A DNA stretch of 9,902 nt, taken from NCBI GenBank assembly GCA_030141605.1, contig JAQGDQ010002192.1, positions 1 to 9,902 of the forward strand, in the 5' to 3' direction. Positions within the stretch are counted from its first letter, which is position 1; the number at the start of each line of letters is the position of its first letter. A program made the position numbers and the translations under genes. Of this stretch, positions 7,598-9,902 are shown piece by piece. Under the pieces are notes generated by a model. The model was not told the DNA's origin. It saw only the letters and a list, made by a program, of their open reading frames with translations, and made no database searches. This DNA comes from Tubiluchus corallicola. Its lineage: Eukaryota; Animalia; Priapulida.

Positions 7598-8253
7598 TGT
7601 GGTGTGGTGGTGGTGTGCTTTTGTGTGTTGTGCTATGGATGGTGTGGTGGGGTGATAGGGTGTGTGGGGTGTGGTGTGGGTAGTGTGGTATGGAGTGGGT
7701 GGCGTGGTGTGTGGGTGGGTGGGTGTTGTGGTGCAGTGTGGTGTTATGGTGTGGTGCAATGCGGTGTGATGTGGTGGAGTGTTATGGTGTGGATGGTGTG
7801 GTGTGGTGTGGTGTGTGGGTGGTGCGGTGTGGTGTGGTGCAGTGTGGTGCGATGAGGTGGAGTCGTATGGTGTGGGTGGTGTGGTGTGGTGTGTGGGTGG
7901 TGCGGTGTGCTGCAGTGGTATGGTGTGGTGCAGTGTGGTGCGATGAGGTGGAGTCGTATGGTGTGGGTGGTGTGGTGTGGTGTGTGGGTGGTGCGGTGCA
8001 CTGCAGTGTTACGGTGTGGTGCTGTGCGGTGTGATGTGGTGGAGTCGTATGGTGTGGGTGGTGTGGATGTGGTGAAGTGGGTGGTGCGGTCGTGCTGCAG
8101 TGGTATGGTGGGCAGTGTGGTGTGATGTGGTGGAGTGGTATGGTGTGGGTGGTATGGTGTGTAGGTGGTATGGTGTGGTGCAGTGTGGTAGTTATGGTGT
8201 GGTGCAGTGCGGTGTGATGTAAGGTGGAGTGGTGTGGTGTGGGTTGTGTGTTG
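7598..8253. repeat. GT-rich (GTGTG)n-type satellite, about 656 bp, copy 2
   Basis: It uses the same pentamers as 5582-6598, with matching start and end sequences but a different internal arrangement and length. Confidence 0.97.
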
Positions 8254-9745
8254 ATTTGTGCACAAAATTCTTTTTGTGGGGTTTGGCTAGTTGTTTATTG
8301 TTTCGCTTACTCTGTCATAATGTCATTGTTGTTTTTACTTGAACCCTCAGCAAAAAAGACGCATTTCTGGGATTATTTAGATGTGGTAGTTGGTTGAGGT
8401 TCCTGAAATTATACATTGTGAAAATCTATAAGCATCTAATGAGGAAATATATGAATTGCGTGTTATGAGTATCATTATCTGAGTATTTTGTTGCAGACAA
8501 TTGCTGGACAATCAAATATCTGGCATCGAACGAGGCGCTTTCGATGATCTTGTATCAATAGAAAGACTGTAAGTAAAAATCAATACTTCCTTATAGCCAC
8601 GTGTCATATAAAAGTAAAATGGCCGGCAAACGTATCTAAGAAATACTACTAAAATGTTGCTGTATGTATTAATCTTGTTTTAAAACAATAGCTGTATCGT
8701 GACCTGTCAAAAATCGAGGCCAAATCAGGGTGTTGAAAATTTTTGACGCTAAGCTTAAAGCAAAACCGGACGATTGTGTAAACATTAGTTCAGAATAAAG
8801 AATGCCCTAAAATATTGAAAACTACAATAGCTTTTTTTTTAAATCAAAGCTTAGATTACATAATAGTTACCACGGACACATGTTAAACTTTCGCACGGTT
8901 CAGTGAATCTACTAAGATTGGCAGCGGCGCCTTTTTGTCACATGTGCGTGGCCGATAATTAGAAGGCGGTACCGTGCCATGATCATGAACTGCAGTGTTA
9001 GTTTCTGACGTCATATGATTTAGAGCCCATTTTCATGACATCATGCGTTTAAGCAGTACTGTAACACTTATTTAAATGTGCTTGACGCGAAAGGGAAGAC
9101 GCCTGCCATTGCACAAACTGTGATTAGTTTCTGACGTAAGCAATAGCTGTGTTCGGTTGCCGTTAATTAACTTTCTAAGCTAATTATTCCAATATAAGGA
9201 ACAACTCGTAACTTTTATAGGCAAGAAAATGTATATTTTGGGCAGTAAATTAAAATGAGATTGAGTCTAATCGTCCGGTCTTCCTTTAATTTTGAATCAA
9301 CCAAGGTAAAACGTGACATCAATGAAGCAGCAGTGTGATTTCTTAAGCGTTCCCATCTCCTTTCACTATGTTGTTTTTTTTATTCACTTTCTTAGCTTAT
9401 ATTGACTTCCCAGCTTTGAGAAACTACAATTCAACATCCCTGTTTGCCAGAGCTGCATTTACACCACTGGAGATGTGATTATTAATATTTATGGATATTC
9501 AATATCTTTCACGTGTCATTCGGTCATTTCTGGCACTTATTTCGGGAAAATTCAATAATACATGCCGCTCCGTGTAGCGTTTCCGTCGCTTCCGCCGCTT
9601 GTAGTAAATTATAAATACGCTGCTGGCAGAGCTTGACAATATCGTGAAACTGCAAATGTTTGAGCTGCAGAAATTACGTAAGAAGTTCCAAGGACTATAA
9701 TTCCTAATTAACAGTTCCAGTGTGCGACTCCTCAGATGCCGTAAG

Positions 9746-9902
9746 GTGACATTTGATAGAGACTTTTCATGTCCAGCAATACCAGCATGGCCACACACAT
9801 AAGTCACATTTGATAGAGAATTTTCATGTCCAACAATACCAGCATGGCCACACACATAAGTCACATTTGATAGAGAATTTTCATGTCCAGCAATACCAGC
9901 AT
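9746..9902. repeat. 57-bp minisatellite, at least 2.7 units, truncated by the window end
   Basis: The unit is GTSACATTTGATAGAGAMTTTTCATGTCCARCAATACCAGCATGGCCACACACATAA, starting at 9746, 9803 and 9860. Units differ by only 1-3 nt. Confidence 0.97.

Larger units (their letters stand above)
6636..8290 (+). mobile_element. Non-autonomous Helitron, copy 2, 1655 bp, head-to-tail with copy 1
   Basis: It starts TCTCTTATATTAATATTCTTGGTAT directly after the CTAG of copy 1. It has the same hairpin (8261-8278) and CTAG (8287-8290), followed by T8291. Identity to copy 1 is roughly 92% over the first ~515 bp (hand count of about 40 differences). It is shorter mainly because the satellite is shorter. Confidence 0.85.

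Noticed and set aside
7496-8265. Equivalent ORFs in the second satellite
   Set aside because: Same low-complexity artefact.
4610-8290. Assembly artefact (two haplotypes joined in tandem)
   Set aside because: The duplication begins and ends precisely at Helitron termini and includes no flanking DNA. Long reads spanning 6635/6636 would settle it.
8524-8546. Inverted repeat CATCGAA-N9-TTCGATG
   Set aside because: A 7-bp stem on its own is expected by chance in 10 kb. There is no U-tract or nearby CTAG terminus.
9499-9745. Non-repetitive part of the 121-aa ORF (hydrophobic stretch followed by KRRKRRKR) as a membrane or NLS-bearing protein
   Set aside because: I see no recognisable family, no supportable splice structure, and the start codon lies inside the minisatellite.
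9746-9902. CRISPR-like regular repeats
   Set aside because: The units are contiguous with no unique spacers, the context is eukaryotic, and there are no cas genes.

Overview
AT-rich, non-genic eukaryotic DNA, probably from an invertebrate animal (inferred from the repeat types), made up almost entirely of repeats. I cannot support any intact protein-coding gene, RNA gene or CRISPR array. From left to right: (1) the 3' end of a decayed non-LTR retrotransposon on + (1-515); (2) a second, convergent decayed LINE on - (about 1330-2400), with RT thumb motifs and a zinc knuckle; (3) microsatellites and three degenerate 106-118-bp repeats; (4) a head-to-tail dimer of a non-autonomous Helitron (4610-6635 and 6636-8290) with canonical A|TC...hairpin-CTAG|T ends. 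Each copy has three ~180-bp modules with fixed motif spacing, an internal degenerate 3' terminus, a (CAT)n tract and a long (GTGTG)n-type satellite; (5) a 57-bp minisatellite running off the right edge, whose unit translates to an RNase H-like 'GHAGIxGHE' motif. The many ORFs between 5369 and 8265 are artefacts of low-complexity sequence. All alignments and counts were done by eye.
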